Source: Salibacteraceae bacterium (GTDB taxonomy: Bacteria > Bacteroidota > Bacteroidia > Flavobacteriales_G > Salibacteraceae). From it: a stretch of DNA of 64,000 nt. Positions 29,397 through 40,467 of the stretch are shown here, piece after piece (positions within the stretch are counted from its first letter, which is position 1; every line of letters starts with the position of its first letter). Below the pieces are notes generated by a model. It saw nothing but the letters and a program-made list of their open reading frames with translations. It had not been told where the DNA came from and made no database searches. The stretch is taken from contig JBMYWA010000001.1 of NCBI GenBank assembly GCA_049606935.1, forward strand, positions 31,904-95,903, written 5' to 3'. A program made the position numbers and the translations under genes.

Positions 29397-29987
29397 ATGA
29401 ACAACTTAAGTTTCAAAGTTCTAGTATTAGTTCTTACTTTAGGAGTAATTTCCTCTTGTACTAGTACATTTACCATAATATCCGATTATGATAAATCCGC
29501 AAGTTTTGAGAATTATATGACCTATAATTATTTACCTGGGGCAGATTCTTTAATGGGTCCGGGGGCTAGTAGGTTAAAATCTTTAACCGAAGAATATTTG
29601 AATTTACTGGGGTATAAAAAGTCCGATAACCCAGATTTGTTTGTGGCTATATTAGGAAATGTACAACAAAAGGTGGGTTATACAACGAGTTCCCCAGGTT
29701 ATGGAGGGTATTATGGAGGATACTACGGTTATAGAGGTTGGGATTCTTATACTACTGCTTACGTTTATAATGAAACTACTATTATGATTGATCTAGTAGA
29801 TGCCTCAAAAAAGAAACTTGTTTGGCAGGGTGGTGCTACTGGGGAGTTTGATCAATATTCTATTAAGGACAAAAAAATGCAACAAATGATTGATGAAATA
29901 TTTGGTCAATACCCGTTTACGGCAGGAAGCAGCCAAGAAAGAACTAAGTTGTATGGTAAGTATTATGCCAAACCATCAGCCAAATAA
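29397..29987 (+). CDS. DUF4136 domain lipoprotein
   Basis: Lipobox SSC, DYD...F..Y.TY, GYGGYYGGYYGY loop, IDLVDA..KKLVWQG, IF.QYP. Confidence 0.85.
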   Translation: MNNLSFKVLVLVLTLGVISSCTSTFTIISDYDKSASFENYMTYNYLPGADSLMGPGASRLKSLTEEYLNLLGYKKSDNPDLFVAILGNVQQKVGYTTSSPGYGGYYGGYYGYRGWDSYTTAYVYNETTIMIDLVDASKKKLVWQGGATGEFDQYSIKDKKMQQMIDEIFGQYPFTAGSSQERTKLYGKYYAKPSAK

Positions 29988-30004
29988 AAGATTAAGAAAT
30001 TTGG

Positions 30005-30029
30005 AAAAGGGGCTAACAGCCCCTTTTTT
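30005..30029. terminator. Bidirectional terminator
   Basis: AAAAGGGGCT-aac-AGCCCCTTTT. Confidence 0.75.
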
Positions 30030-31332
30030 AATGGAAGAAAATATAACCAATAAATATTGCCGCAATAATGCCTGCCAAATCAGCTAATAACCCGGCTTGA
30101 ACGGTATATCTGGTTTTTTTAATGTTTATGGCTCCATAGTATACCGCAATAGTGTAAAAAGTGGTTTCGGTTGAGCCTTGAAATATAGAGGCCATTTTGG
30201 ACACAAAATGGTCTGCTCCACTATAACCAAGGTTTAATGATTCGTAATGTTGGTAGGTTTCAAGCATCATTCCTCTGGCCCCTGAACCACTTAAAGGTTT
30301 CATAAATGCTGTTGGCAATGCCGGAACAAAATCTGTGTTAATGCCAATAGAGGCAAAGAGCCAACCCATGCCATCAATAACATACTCCATAGTGCCAGAT
30401 GCTCTAAATACACCAATGGCAACTAGCATTCCAACTAAATAAGGAATTATGGATATGGTAGTTTTAAAGCCCTCTTTTGCACCCTCAATAAAGGACTCAT
30501 AGACATTCACCTTCTTTTTAAAAGCAAGAATAAAAAAGGTGACAATAATACTTAAGAGGATAAAATTTCCACCCACAGAAGTAACAGTTTCTAGGGAGGC
30601 TTTAGGCAATTGCATGAGTCCATAAACGGTAAGTCCTAATATCGAAGTTATCCCAATGAGATAAATAGCCAAGCCGTTTTTTAACAAATTAATTCTTTGA
30701 TAAATGGAAACGGTAATAAGTCCCACAACTGTAGCAAAGTATGTGGCAATTAGTATTGGAATAAAAACATCGGTAGGGTTTGCTGCTCCAGCTTGTGCTC
30801 GATATGCCATAACACTAATGGGTACAATAGTTAACCCCGAGGTGTTAAGTACCAAAAACATTATCATAGAATTGGAGGCTTCCTCTTTATTGGTATTTAA
30901 CTCTTGGAGTCCGTTCATGGCTTTAAGACCCATTGGGGTTGCAGAGTTATCCAAACCAAGCATATTCGCAGCAAAATTCATCATAATACTACCAGTAACA
31001 GGATGGTTTTTTGGAATCTCGGGGAAAAGTTTTCTGAAAAATGGACTCACCAAAGAACTCAGTTTTTGAACTGAACCTCCATCTTCGCCAATCTTCATAA
31101 AACCTAACCACAAGGTCATTACCCCCATCAAATAAAGAACAATTCCAATACTTGCATCGGCCATGTCAAAAGTGCTTCGAACCATATCCGAAAATACCTG
31201 AAGGTCTACTTCCGTAAATACCCAACCCATTGTGGTTTCCAAATAATCTCGAAAAATGTACCCCACAACTCTTATTATCGCAACTATAAATCCGACAATA
31301 AAAAAACCTATGAAAATGTAATTTAATACCAA
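30028..31332 (-). CDS. Nucleoside-recognition (gate) domain membrane protein, SpmA/SpmB fusion
   Basis: LWLG.MKI.E, AN.LGLDN.ATP.GLKAM..LQE.N, KPLSGSG, GSTETTFY.IAVY.G. Confidence 0.88.
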   Translation of the reverse strand: MVLNYIFIGFFIVGFIVAIIRVVGYIFRDYLETTMGWVFTEVDLQVFSDMVRSTFDMADASIGIVLYLMGVMTLWLGFMKIGEDGGSVQKLSSLVSPFFRKLFPEIPKNHPVTGSIMMNFAANMLGLDNSATPMGLKAMNGLQELNTNKEEASNSMIMFLVLNTSGLTIVPISVMAYRAQAGAANPTDVFIPILIATYFATVVGLITVSIYQRINLLKNGLAIYLIGITSILGLTVYGLMQLPKASLETVTSVGGNFILLSIIVTFFILAFKKKVNVYESFIEGAKEGFKTTISIIPYLVGMLVAIGVFRASGTMEYVIDGMGWLFASIGINTDFVPALPTAFMKPLSGSGARGMMLETYQHYESLNLGYSGADHFVSKMASIFQGSTETTFYTIAVYYGAINIKKTRYTVQAGLLADLAGIIAAIFIGYIFFH

Positions 31333-31442
31333 CTGCTAAAACGTTAAATAAGTATTTGACCAAATTAAGAGCTAAGTTGAAAATGATGGTATTTATTACC
31401 GCTTTATTTCAACAGATGGGTATTAGAAACTCCATTTGTAAC

Positions 31443-32057
31443 TTAATCGTATTTATATATGGAGGGCAGACTTAGTTCAAACCTTACAACAATCAATCTA
31501 GACAGAATGATAAACGAAATTGGGATAATTTTTACCCACACTAATGAAATCTCAGTGAACCTTAGGTAATAAAAAATTAAACCACCAAAAATACTGATGG
31601 TGGCATAAATTTCTTTCCTAAAAATTATTGGAATTCTATGTACTAGAATATCACGAGTAATTCCACCAAATGTTCCAGTAATGGTGCCAATAATTGCACA
31701 ATAAATAGCGTCTAACCCTTGAGAAATACCTATTTCTACTCCAAGAATTGTAAAGAAACCCAATCCCACGGCATCAAATAGCATCAATGGTCGGTAGATA
31801 AATTTTTGCTTGGATTTGAAAACAATGGTAAAAATTGTGCCGAATAATATAACATATACTAGCTTGGGGTCTTGTAACCAAAAAACCTCTCGGTTGGGTA
31901 GTAGAACATCTCTTATGGTTCCACCCCCTATGGCTGTTACAAAAGCAATTATTAGTATTCCAAAACCATCAAATTTTTTCTTTATTGCGGTTAGAGCTCC
32001 TGAAATGGCTAAGGCAAATGACCCTATTATTTCGATATATTCAAACAGTTCGTTCAT
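31443..32057 (-). CDS. Trimeric intracellular cation channel family (UPF0126/YadS) membrane protein
   Basis: Duplicated GGGTIRD / GGITRD motifs, DAVGLG, EIYAT. Confidence 0.9.
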   Translation of the reverse strand: MNELFEYIEIIGSFALAISGALTAIKKKFDGFGILIIAFVTAIGGGTIRDVLLPNREVFWLQDPKLVYVILFGTIFTIVFKSKQKFIYRPLMLFDAVGLGFFTILGVEIGISQGLDAIYCAIIGTITGTFGGITRDILVHRIPIIFRKEIYATISIFGGLIFYYLRFTEISLVWVKIIPISFIILSRLIVVRFELSLPSIYKYD

Positions 32058-32159
32058 TGATTGTAAAAATGGCTACAAATGTACTAATGATAAATTTTTG
32101 AAAATAAGAGTATGCCAGCCCAAATTATATTTAGATATTTGCGGCTTAATATCTTTACT

Positions 32160-32624
32160 ATGAAATTGTTAAAAAGTGTATTGTCGTTATCAGTACTTGT
32201 AGGTGGTCTGACGTTTTTGGGGAGTTGTGATAAAACTACCGATGAAATAATAGAAGATATTACCCCTGCAGTAACTGCAAGTGTTGACGGAAATCCTTTT
32301 TCAACCGAAATTGCCGCTGGACTGCATACCACATTATTATTAATAACGGCAACTAAAGATAAGGAATCTATTGTGTTATCTTTACCTGCAAAAGATGTTG
32401 GAGTTTATCCGGTAGATATCTTAACTACCAACGCTTCTTATTTGCCAGTTTTAGATAGTTTGAATTCAGCATATATAGCGTATGAAGGACAGATTGAAAT
32501 TACTTCAATAAATACTTTACGTACTCAAATTCAAGGAAAGTTTTATTTCAAAGCTGCTAACCCAAATACCCTGGATACATTGTCAGTTACAGATGGTATA
32601 TTGAAAAACATACCTATTAAATAG
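32160..32624 (+). CDS. Hypothetical lipoprotein (DUF6252-like)
   Basis: Start moved to MKLLKS at 32160; lipobox LGSC followed by acidic DKTTDE; G.I.ITS....I.G.F.F.A....VTDG. Confidence 0.7.
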   Translation: MKLLKSVLSLSVLVGGLTFLGSCDKTTDEIIEDITPAVTASVDGNPFSTEIAAGLHTTLLLITATKDKESIVLSLPAKDVGVYPVDILTTNASYLPVLDSLNSAYIAYEGQIEITSINTLRTQIQGKFYFKAANPNTLDTLSVTDGILKNIPIK

Positions 32625-32634
32625 TACCAAAAGG

Positions 32635-33255
32635 TTACCCTTTAAATTCGCCTAATCCTTGGCGAATTACTTCAAATGATTCATTTTCTACAGCCACTAC
32701 TGTAGACGCGATGTTGTTACCATATCCACCATCAATTACAATATCTACCTGATCTTTAAATCGTTCAAAGATCATTTCTGGATCCATGGTATATTCAATA
32801 AGTTCATCTAAATCTATTACAGATGTGGTAACAATAGGGTTTCCTAGTTCTTCCACAATGTTTCTAGGTATTTTATTGTCTGGAACTCTAATGCCAACTT
32901 CCTTTTTTTTGGTATTAAAGACCTTAGGCACATTATTATTTGCCGGTAAAATGAAAGTGAATGCTCCGGGCAAGGATTTTTTTAATACCCTAAACACAGA
33001 ATTTGGAATAGGTTTAACAAATACAGCAAGGTGACTTAAGTTATGACATACTATGGAAAGGTTGGCTTTTTTTGCTTTCGCTCCCTTTATTTGAGCTACT
33101 CTTTCAATAGCCTTGGCATTATTAATATCACAACCCACTCCATATACAGTATCTGTAGGGTAAATAATTACCGCGCCATTTTTTAGTGCCTTCGCAATTT
33201 CTGAAACTGTTTTAGAATCTGGTTTGTCTGGATTTAATCGGATGTATTTTGCCAT
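32635..33255 (-). CDS. Sua5/YciO/YrdC-family threonylcarbamoyl-AMP synthase
   Basis: YPTDTVYG.GC, PG.FTFIL, GIRVPD, TS, ST.V, RQG.G. Confidence 0.9.
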   Translation of the reverse strand: MAKYIRLNPDKPDSKTVSEIAKALKNGAVIIYPTDTVYGVGCDINNAKAIERVAQIKGAKAKKANLSIVCHNLSHLAVFVKPIPNSVFRVLKKSLPGAFTFILPANNNVPKVFNTKKKEVGIRVPDNKIPRNIVEELGNPIVTTSVIDLDELIEYTMDPEMIFERFKDQVDIVIDGGYGNNIASTVVAVENESFEVIRQGLGEFKG

Positions 33256-33281
33256 AACAATAATTTGTAGGCAAAGGTATT

Positions 33282-34787
33282 TTACTTTTCGTAAGAACCT
33301 AAGTCTGGGGTTAGATCTCTAGACTCTCCTTTTAGATCCAATACCAATGTGTCCATTAAAATAAAGCTTCCCTCATCAATTGCTCGAGAAGAATCATTAA
33401 GCAGAAATTCATTATTGTAAGGATCTGTAAACAACGGATCGTAATTAACAGAAGAATTTGGCTTACTTGGATTTTGTATAATATGATTGAACTTTCCGTT
33501 TAGTCCGGGGTCTAAAGTGTCTTTCAATGTTTTTAAAACACAATGATCAAATAAATAATCAAATCCAGAAGCGGTAGTTGAGTCGGTCAAGATTTCTTCT
33601 TCAATGGTCCCATAAATTATGCTGTTTTCAAATTTTGCAGAGAAATCACCTGCTACTTCTAACCTAGAGCCATCAGTGGTAGGGAGATAGAAGTAGTTAC
33701 TTAATAATAAGGATTCATCAGATCGACTACCTGAAGAATAGTTGGCTATAGTAGAGTGCAAGAAATGGTGAGTACCGGCTCCTTGTAATGCCACTAAAAC
33801 ATTACCCGAATTGGTTATTAAGGTATTGTCGGCAATAATATTATGGTTTCTTACCAACAAACCTAAACCACCAGAGTTTTTGATTACCGTGTTGTAAAGT
33901 TTCACAGAATTAGTAGCTAGTTCTGGAACTCCATCTAAATAAAACTCCTCCGCTTGTATTCCAATAAAGGCATTTTTAATAATGGCATTATTTATTTGAT
34001 GGTCGTTGGGACCTTCATTCAGAAAAATTCTATCCCATTGCCCTGGAATATCATCAAACCCGGATTCTAGCCTAGTACCTTGAAAAACAACTTCGTTGCC
34101 TAATTCTCCATTCACATTTAATGTAGAGCCTCTATAAGCCCACATACCCGATTGATCGTAGAAGTGTAATTGCGTTCCGGCCGGAATATTTAATGTGATC
34201 GCAGAATCAATCATTAAAAAACCAAAAATTACATGTGGCTTATCATTGGGTAGGTCAATTACAGGCCCTCCAATTGGGAAATAATCTGGGTAGTCGGTTA
34301 TGTGAGAAATAGGAGGGAGTCCATTAATAAATAAATTAGGTTTATAGTAATAAGCATTTTGTCCCCATGCAGATAAAATTACAGATTGGGTGTTTCCATT
34401 TGTTTTAAACTCAACTTCATCAAATATGACGAATGGATTGTTTTGCGTATTAGGATCTACTGTTACCTCTGCAAAAACAAACATGCTGTCTTGTCCTTTT
34501 ATTTCTATGTCGGTTGCATCTCCAGGCTGTCCATTTACGTTAATTCTAAAATTGGAAAGATTTCCACCTTTAATTTTTATGGAGGATATTACAACATTTT
34601 CTGTATTTCTGTTATACACCATAAACCGCTTGGTAGTAGAACCCAAAGAGGTAAACACCGTATCAAATTTTAAGGTATCAATGCTAAATTGTAATCGTGC
34701 ATTAGGGTCATCGGTTATAACATCCTTTTTACAAGAGTTGAATCCTATAAGACCGATAATAAAAATAAGGAAAGATATTTTCTTCAT
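33282..34787 (-). CDS. Surface lipoprotein with Ig-like N-domain and right-handed beta-helix-like region
   Basis: Lipobox NSC then KKD; FS.DT..FDTVFT; PGQW..I; repeated N..I.N rungs; DP.F...S.AID.G...DL.G..R...DLG.YE terminus. Confidence 0.7.
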   Translation of the reverse strand: MKKISFLIFIIGLIGFNSCKKDVITDDPNARLQFSIDTLKFDTVFTSLGSTTKRFMVYNRNTENVVISSIKIKGGNLSNFRINVNGQPGDATDIEIKGQDSMFVFAEVTVDPNTQNNPFVIFDEVEFKTNGNTQSVILSAWGQNAYYYKPNLFINGLPPISHITDYPDYFPIGGPVIDLPNDKPHVIFGFLMIDSAITLNIPAGTQLHFYDQSGMWAYRGSTLNVNGELGNEVVFQGTRLESGFDDIPGQWDRIFLNEGPNDHQINNAIIKNAFIGIQAEEFYLDGVPELATNSVKLYNTVIKNSGGLGLLVRNHNIIADNTLITNSGNVLVALQGAGTHHFLHSTIANYSSGSRSDESLLLSNYFYLPTTDGSRLEVAGDFSAKFENSIIYGTIEEEILTDSTTASGFDYLFDHCVLKTLKDTLDPGLNGKFNHIIQNPSKPNSSVNYDPLFTDPYNNEFLLNDSSRAIDEGSFILMDTLVLDLKGESRDLTPDLGSYEK

Positions 34788-35020
34788 AATTTTGCAAAGG
34801 CAAAAATAACAACGACTTCAATACGGCATACTATCGAATTTATTGTTTTACCAAAGAAATATGTGATTATTCACAAAATGGTGTAAATAAGTCAAGTAAA
34901 GAATTAAATAAAAACTAGCTTATCAAATTCATTTAAGTATATTTGCAGCCCGAAATTAAGTTGACTTTACCAATCAACATAATGGGTTAATTTTAAGAAT
35001 AGAATAAAAATTTATACAAG

Positions 35021-35278
35021 ATGAAAAAAGATATTCATCCAACGGAGTACAGATTAGTAGTGTTTAAAGACATGACCACTGAAGATACTTTTTTAGGTAG
35101 AACCACTGCAAATACAAAAGATACAATTGTATGGGAAGATGGTAACGAATACCCATTAGTGAAATTAGAGATTTCTGATAAATCTCATCCATTCTATACT
35201 GGTAAAAATCAATTGGTTGATACAGCTGGTAGAATTGATAAATTCAAAACGAAATACGCAAAATTCAACAAAAAATAA
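35021..35278 (+). CDS. rpmE2: 50S ribosomal protein L31, type B (no Zn-binding Cys)
   Basis: MKKDIHP.EYR.VVFKD, YPL.K.EIS..SHPFYTG, DTAGR.DKF. Confidence 0.97.
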   Translation: MKKDIHPTEYRLVVFKDMTTEDTFLGRTTANTKDTIVWEDGNEYPLVKLEISDKSHPFYTGKNQLVDTAGRIDKFKTKYAKFNKK

Positions 35279-35297
35279 GAATTTGCTTTCAATATTT

Positions 35298-35332
35298 AAA
35301 ACTCCTACTGGAAACAGTGGGAGTTTTTTTTT
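35298..35332 (+). terminator. Intrinsic terminator of rpmE2
   Basis: ACTCCTACTG-gaaa-CAGTGGGAGT plus T run. Confidence 0.85.
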
Positions 35333-35417
35333 GCCCTAATTACAATTTAGCAGCTCAAATCATGTGTTCTATATGTATGGTATGACTGTGCTGATTTACA
35401 TTTGAAAAAAAATAACC

Positions 35418-36611
35418 ATGAATATTATTTTATTTGATGGCAAATCCCGTCAAAAGTTACTTCCATTAACATACACACGTCCGGTTGGAAATTTACGAAT
35501 TGGAATTTTAACCATTAATGAAAAATGGGAAAAATGCTTGAATGCCGTTGTATCTTACGAAACAGAATCTTATTTAACTAAAAAATTCCCTAGAAAAATC
35601 ACATCAAATAATTTTTTAATTAACGGTGGTTTGTGCCCTGACGGTAAGGTTGAGTCGGCCATTTCTTCATTAAAACAAGGAGAAATGCTTGTAAAGGATG
35701 AGGTGATATTAGCAGCTCATATTTTAGAAGGTGATTTACTTACATTAACTGATTTTAATTCATTTGTACCATTAAACAAAATTCAATATTCAGAGGAGGT
35801 TTTGATAGTAGAACATCCCTGGGATATTTTTTCAAAAAATGCAGAAGCCTTAGAATTAGATTTTAATGCCATTACCAAGGATAGAATTTCTCAACCAATC
35901 TCAGAATCTAATACCATTATTGGAGATAGAATTTTTTTGGAAAAGGGAGCAAAAGTGGAGGCTTCAATTTTAAACTCCAATTCTGGAGCTATTTATATTG
36001 GTAAAGATGCCGAAATAATGGAGGGTAGTATGGTTAGAGGAGGATTAGCTCTTTGCGATCATGCAGGTTTAAAAATGGGTGCAAAAATTTATGGTGCTAC
36101 CACCATTGGGCCACATAGTAAAGCAGGTGGCGAAATTAGCAATTCGGTAATTTACGGATTTTCTAATAAGGGGCATGACGGGTTTATTGGTAATACGGTA
36201 ATTGGTGAATGGTGCAATTTAGGGGCCGATACCAATACGTCTAACCTTAAAAATAATTACGCCAAAGTAAAGTTATGGAGTTATGAAACCGGTAGGTTTT
36301 TCAATACCGAATTACAGTTCTGCGGACTCATAATGGGAGATCACTCAAAAAGTGGAATTAACACAATGTTCAATACAGGTACAGTAGTTGGCGTAAGTGC
36401 AAATATCTACGGAGGCGGATTTCCGCGTAATTTTATTCCTTCTTTTGCATGGGGAGGTGCCGCTGGTATGATGGAATTCAGATATAACAAGGCTGCTGAA
36501 GTAGCAGATGCTATGATGAGTCGGAGAGGTTTAAGTTACGATGAGATGGAACAAGGAATCATTAAAGAAGTGTACGAAATGACTGCCATTTATCGTAAGA
36601 ATTTAAAATAA
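35418..36611 (+). CDS. GlmU-like putative sugar nucleotidyl/acyltransferase (Bacteroidota type) with left-handed beta-helix
   Basis: LLPLT.TRP...LR.GI.TI.EKW, hexapeptide repeats, SNKGHDGF.G, NLGADTN.SNLKN. Confidence 0.85.
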   Translation: MNIILFDGKSRQKLLPLTYTRPVGNLRIGILTINEKWEKCLNAVVSYETESYLTKKFPRKITSNNFLINGGLCPDGKVESAISSLKQGEMLVKDEVILAAHILEGDLLTLTDFNSFVPLNKIQYSEEVLIVEHPWDIFSKNAEALELDFNAITKDRISQPISESNTIIGDRIFLEKGAKVEASILNSNSGAIYIGKDAEIMEGSMVRGGLALCDHAGLKMGAKIYGATTIGPHSKAGGEISNSVIYGFSNKGHDGFIGNTVIGEWCNLGADTNTSNLKNNYAKVKLWSYETGRFFNTELQFCGLIMGDHSKSGINTMFNTGTVVGVSANIYGGGFPRNFIPSFAWGGAAGMMEFRYNKAAEVADAMMSRRGLSYDEMEQGIIKEVYEMTAIYRKNLK

Positions 36612-36660
36612 GTCGGACATTTTTACCGAATTTAATTCTTAGTAATTGCCATAATTTGAT

Positions 36661-36675
36661 TGGCACTGGAATTGA
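36661..36675 (+). promoter_or_regulatory. sigma54-like -24/-12 element upstream of lon
   Basis: TGGCAC-tggaa-TTGA; GG to GA spacing of 12. Confidence 0.5.
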
Positions 36676-36709
36676 TTAACCCAAATCCCCACATCATTTA
36701 GTTAGTGTT

Positions 36710-39181
36710 GTGGATTTTAAGAAAACACACATGAATTTAGATATATTAGGATTAGGCGGAGTAATAGATCAAGAAACTGAATTTATCCCATTGTTCTCTA
36801 AGGATGATGAAAATAGAATGAACAGTGAAGAAGTTCCTGAATCATTACCAGTTTTGCCACTTAGAAATAATGTTTTATTTCCAGGAGTGGTAATTCCAAT
36901 TACCGTTGGAAGAGACATGTCTATCAAGTTAATTGAGGACGTGATGAAAACTACCAAGACCATTGGGGTTGTTGCGCAAAAAGACCCGAAAACAGAAAAC
37001 CCTACTTATGAGGATTTACATGAAGTTGGAACGGTTGCCCGCATTGTTAAAATGCTAAAAATGCCAGATGGAAGTAAAACGGTAATTATTCAAGGACAAA
37101 GAAGATTTAAAATTGAGAATTTTCTTCAAACTTCCCCATATTTTATTGCACAAGTAACGGCTCTAGCTACAGAAAAATTAGAGCAAGATCAAAGATTTGA
37201 TGCCTTGATTGATTCGGTAAAGGAGTTGGCAAATAAAATTATTAATGAATCTCCTAATATTCCCTCAGAAGCATCTGTGGCTATTAAAAACATTGAAAGT
37301 CCTTCGTTTTTAATAAACTTTATAGCTAGTAATTTGGATAGACCTGTTGAAATTAAACAGAATCTTCTTTCAACTTTAGATTTAATTAAAAGAGCCGAAA
37401 AACTTTTAGAAATTCTTACAGAGGAGCACCAAATTCTAGAGTTAAAAAACGATATCCAAAGCAAAGTGAAAATTGATTTGGATAAACAACAAAGAGAATA
37501 CTTCTTGAATCAACAAATGCGACAAATTCAAGAAGAACTGGGAGGGAATCCGGTAGATCAAGAGCTTCAAGAGTTTAAAAAGAGAGCCAAAGGCAAAAAA
37601 TTTCCAAAGAAGGTTAAAGAAACCTTCGAAAAGGAACTATCTAAGCTTGAAAGACTAAACCCTTCTGGTGTAGAGTATTCGGTTCAAGCAAATTATATTG
37701 ATACCATTTTAGAGCTTCCTTGGGGCATTTTTACGGATGATAATTTTGATTTAAAACGAGCAACAAAGGTTTTAGATAAAGACCATTTTGGTCTTGAAAA
37801 AGTTAAAGAGCGTATTTTAGAGCATCTAGCTGTATTAAAAATAAAGAAGGATATGAAAGCGCCTATCCTTTGTTTAGCAGGCCCTCCGGGAGTTGGTAAA
37901 ACTTCATTAGGAAAAAGTATTGCTGAGGCATTGGGTAGAAAATATGTACGTATGTCGTTAGGTGGTTTACGTGACGAAGCGGAAATTAGAGGACACCGAA
38001 AAACTTATATTGGAGCAATGCCGGGCCGTGTAATTCAAAGTTTAAAAAAGGCAGGTTCTTCTAACCCTGTATTCATTCTAGATGAAATTGATAAAGTAGG
38101 GCATGGTGCACACGGTGATCCATCATCTGCCTTGCTTGAAGTGCTGGATCCAGAACAAAATGGTTCTTTTTACGACAATTTTGTGGAGATGGAATATGAT
38201 TTATCTAAGGTGATGTTTGTGGCCACGGCAAATAATCTAGCGGCTATTCAACCTGCATTACGTGATAGATTAGAGATAATTGAAGTTAGTGGTTACACAG
38301 TAGAAGAAAAATCTCAAATTGCTAAAAAGCATTTAATTCCAAAGCAATTAAAAGAACATGGAATTACTAAAGAACAGTTCCAAGCACCAAACAAAACAGT
38401 TGTGAAACTGGTTGAAGAGTATACCAGAGAATCAGGAGTTCGTACTTTAGAGAAAAGAATTACCAAGTTGATTCGTCAAACCGCTAAACATATTGCCTTA
38501 GAGGAAGAATATGAAACGGAAGTGAAGCCAGAGCAATTAAAAGATATTATTGGCCCAGGACATGCAAGAAATAAATACGAAGGAAATGACATTGCGGGTG
38601 TAGTAACAGGATTGGCTTGGACATCCGTAGGTGGGGATATACTATTTATTGAAACTTCATTAACTCCTGGAAAAGGTCAAATTACTTTAACTGGTCAGTT
38701 GGGAAGTGTGATGAAAGAATCTGCCACTGTAGCAATGCAGTATTTAAAAGCACATTCTGCTGATTTAGGTTTAGAGCCAGAGGTTTTTGACAAATGGAAT
38801 GTTCACTTACACGTTCCTGCAGGAGCAATTCCAAAAGATGGCCCCTCAGCAGGGATTACTATTTTTACCGCCTTAGCCTCTTTATTTACACAAAGAAAAG
38901 TAAAAAACAAAATGGCAATGACCGGTGAAATTACCTTAAGAGGTAAGGTACTACCCGTTGGCGGAATTAAAGAAAAAATCCTGGCTGCAAAAAGAGCGAA
39001 TATTACCACTATAATGCTGTGTGAAGATAACCGTCAGGATATTGAAGATATTGATGAAAAGTATTTGAAGGGTTTAACATTCCATTTTGTAGAAGATATG
39101 AATCAAGTAATGGATTTTGCCTTGCTAAATACCAAAGTTAAAAATCCAATTCAGTTGATGAAAAAGGAATCAAAGAAATAA
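36710..39181 (+). CDS. lon: ATP-dependent protease La
   Basis: [30 protein letters not shown] catalytic Ser, GGIKEK. The true start may be ATG 36731. Confidence 0.98.
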   Translation: MDFKKTHMNLDILGLGGVIDQETEFIPLFSKDDENRMNSEEVPESLPVLPLRNNVLFPGVVIPITVGRDMSIKLIEDVMKTTKTIGVVAQKDPKTENPTYEDLHEVGTVARIVKMLKMPDGSKTVIIQGQRRFKIENFLQTSPYFIAQVTALATEKLEQDQRFDALIDSVKELANKIINESPNIPSEASVAIKNIESPSFLINFIASNLDRPVEIKQNLLSTLDLIKRAEKLLEILTEEHQILELKNDIQSKVKIDLDKQQREYFLNQQMRQIQEELGGNPVDQELQEFKKRAKGKKFPKKVKETFEKELSKLERLNPSGVEYSVQANYIDTILELPWGIFTDDNFDLKRATKVLDKDHFGLEKVKERILEHLAVLKIKKDMKAPILCLAGPPGVGKTSLGKSIAEALGRKYVRMSLGGLRDEAEIRGHRKTYIGAMPGRVIQSLKKAGSSNPVFILDEIDKVGHGAHGDPSSALLEVLDPEQNGSFYDNFVEMEYDLSKVMFVATANNLAAIQPALRDRLEIIEVSGYTVEEKSQIAKKHLIPKQLKEHGITKEQFQAPNKTVVKLVEEYTRESGVRTLEKRITKLIRQTAKHIALEEEYETEVKPEQLKDIIGPGHARNKYEGNDIAGVVTGLAWTSVGGDILFIETSLTPGKGQITLTGQLGSVMKESATVAMQYLKAHSADLGLEPEVFDKWNVHLHVPAGAIPKDGPSAGITIFTALASLFTQRKVKNKMAMTGEITLRGKVLPVGGIKEKILAAKRANITTIMLCEDNRQDIEDIDEKYLKGLTFHFVEDMNQVMDFALLNTKVKNPIQLMKKESKK

Positions 39182-39200
39182 GAACTTCCAAATTATTTTT

Positions 39201-39233
39201 AAAAAGCTGAGAGTTTAGATTCTCAGCTTTTTT
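39201..39233. terminator. Bidirectional terminator (lon / ltaE)
   Basis: AAAAAGCTGAGA...TCTCAGCTTTTT. Confidence 0.8.
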
Positions 39234-39245
39234 AGTTTTATTATT

Positions 39246-40274
39246 TTAAAATAAGTCTCGTAGTATTTTAATAATAGTACGTTGTTTAGATTCTGTAATA
39301 TCTAAATGGGTAACCATTCTCAATAATCCTTTACCCATACTAGAAATTAGAATTCCTTTTGATTTTAATTTTTCGGTAATGGTGGAATCTTCAAATCCAG
39401 ATTTAGGTTTAAAGATAACAATATTTGTATGTACTGGAATAACTGACTCCACCCATTTTAGTTGCAGTAGTTCAGATTCAATTTCTTTTGCTTTTGTATG
39501 ATCTTCTTGAAGTCTAGAAACATTGTTTTTTAGTGCAAACAAACCCGCAGCGGCTAATGAACCTGCCTGTCGCATTCCGCCACCAAACACTTTTCTATAT
39601 CGTCTACCTAAATGAATTTCAGCTTTGGAGCCCAAAAGAACAGAACCTACTGGAGCACCTAGCCCCTTTGAAAGACAAATGGAAATGGTGTCAAACAGCT
39701 CTCCAAATTGTTCGGGGCTTTGATTTCTAGCAACAAGGGCATTAAATAATCTAGCCCCATCTAAATGAAAAGATAATTGATTCTCAACGCATACTTGCTT
39801 AATTTGTTGAATATCGGCTAAACCCCAAGTTGTTCCGCCTCCCTTGTTACATGTGTTTTCTAATGAAACTAACCTTGAAATGGGTTTGTGAATGTCATCG
39901 GGGTAAATAAATCGTTTAACATCCTCAGCCTTAAATTGCCCTGATTCGCTATTGATAAGACTCGTACTACACCCCGCATTTAAACCAATTCCACCACCTT
40001 CATATTGGTAAATATGTGAATAGCTATCACAAATAATATCCTCGCCTGGCTGCGTGTGCACTTTTATGGCTATTTGGTTTGCCATTGTACCGGAAGGAAC
40101 AAAAAGAGCGGCCTCCATTCCAAACAATTTCGCAGTATAATCCTCTAATTCATTAATGGTTGGATCTTCACCAAATACATCATCTCCCAATGGAGCCTTA
40201 GCCATTGCTAGTTTCATTTTTTCGGAAGGAAGTGTTACGGTATCGCTTCTTAGATCAATAACTTCGGTTTTCAT
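39246..40274 (-). CDS. ltaE: Low-specificity L-threonine aldolase
   Basis: [45 protein letters not shown]. Start moved to MKTEV. Confidence 0.93.
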   Translation of the reverse strand: MKTEVIDLRSDTVTLPSEKMKLAMAKAPLGDDVFGEDPTINELEDYTAKLFGMEAALFVPSGTMANQIAIKVHTQPGEDIICDSYSHIYQYEGGGIGLNAGCSTSLINSESGQFKAEDVKRFIYPDDIHKPISRLVSLENTCNKGGGTTWGLADIQQIKQVCVENQLSFHLDGARLFNALVARNQSPEQFGELFDTISICLSKGLGAPVGSVLLGSKAEIHLGRRYRKVFGGGMRQAGSLAAAGLFALKNNVSRLQEDHTKAKEIESELLQLKWVESVIPVHTNIVIFKPKSGFEDSTITEKLKSKGILISSMGKGLLRMVTHLDITESKQRTIIKILRDLF

Positions 40275-40467
40275 TGGTATTAAATTTTGCATTGCTAAAG
40301 TACATTTTTGATGGCATTGAATTCTTGTTATTTAAATAGAATACGCTCAAATTTATTAGACTTGATTTGTAGGGAGTTAGCCTGTTTTTTGTTACGTCAT
40401 TAATAAGTTGATTTTAAAAGACTATATCCATTTTTAAAGCATACTTTTGCCGCTCAAAATTTAGAAC

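Noticed and set aside
30028-31332. Sporulation gene (SpmA/B) in a non-sporulating lineage
   Set aside because: Fused SpmAB gate-domain proteins are widespread in Gram-negative bacteria; not evidence of sporulation.
35021-35278. Zinc-starvation paralog switch implied by type-B L31
   Set aside because: Cys-free L31 is the ordinary form in Bacteroidota, and no Zur-like box or zinc-uptake genes are seen nearby.
40312-40327. Third sigma54-like site TGGCATT...TTG before typA
   Set aside because: GG-to-TTG spacing is off by two, and typA has a canonical TACTTTTG -7 box at 40442-40449.
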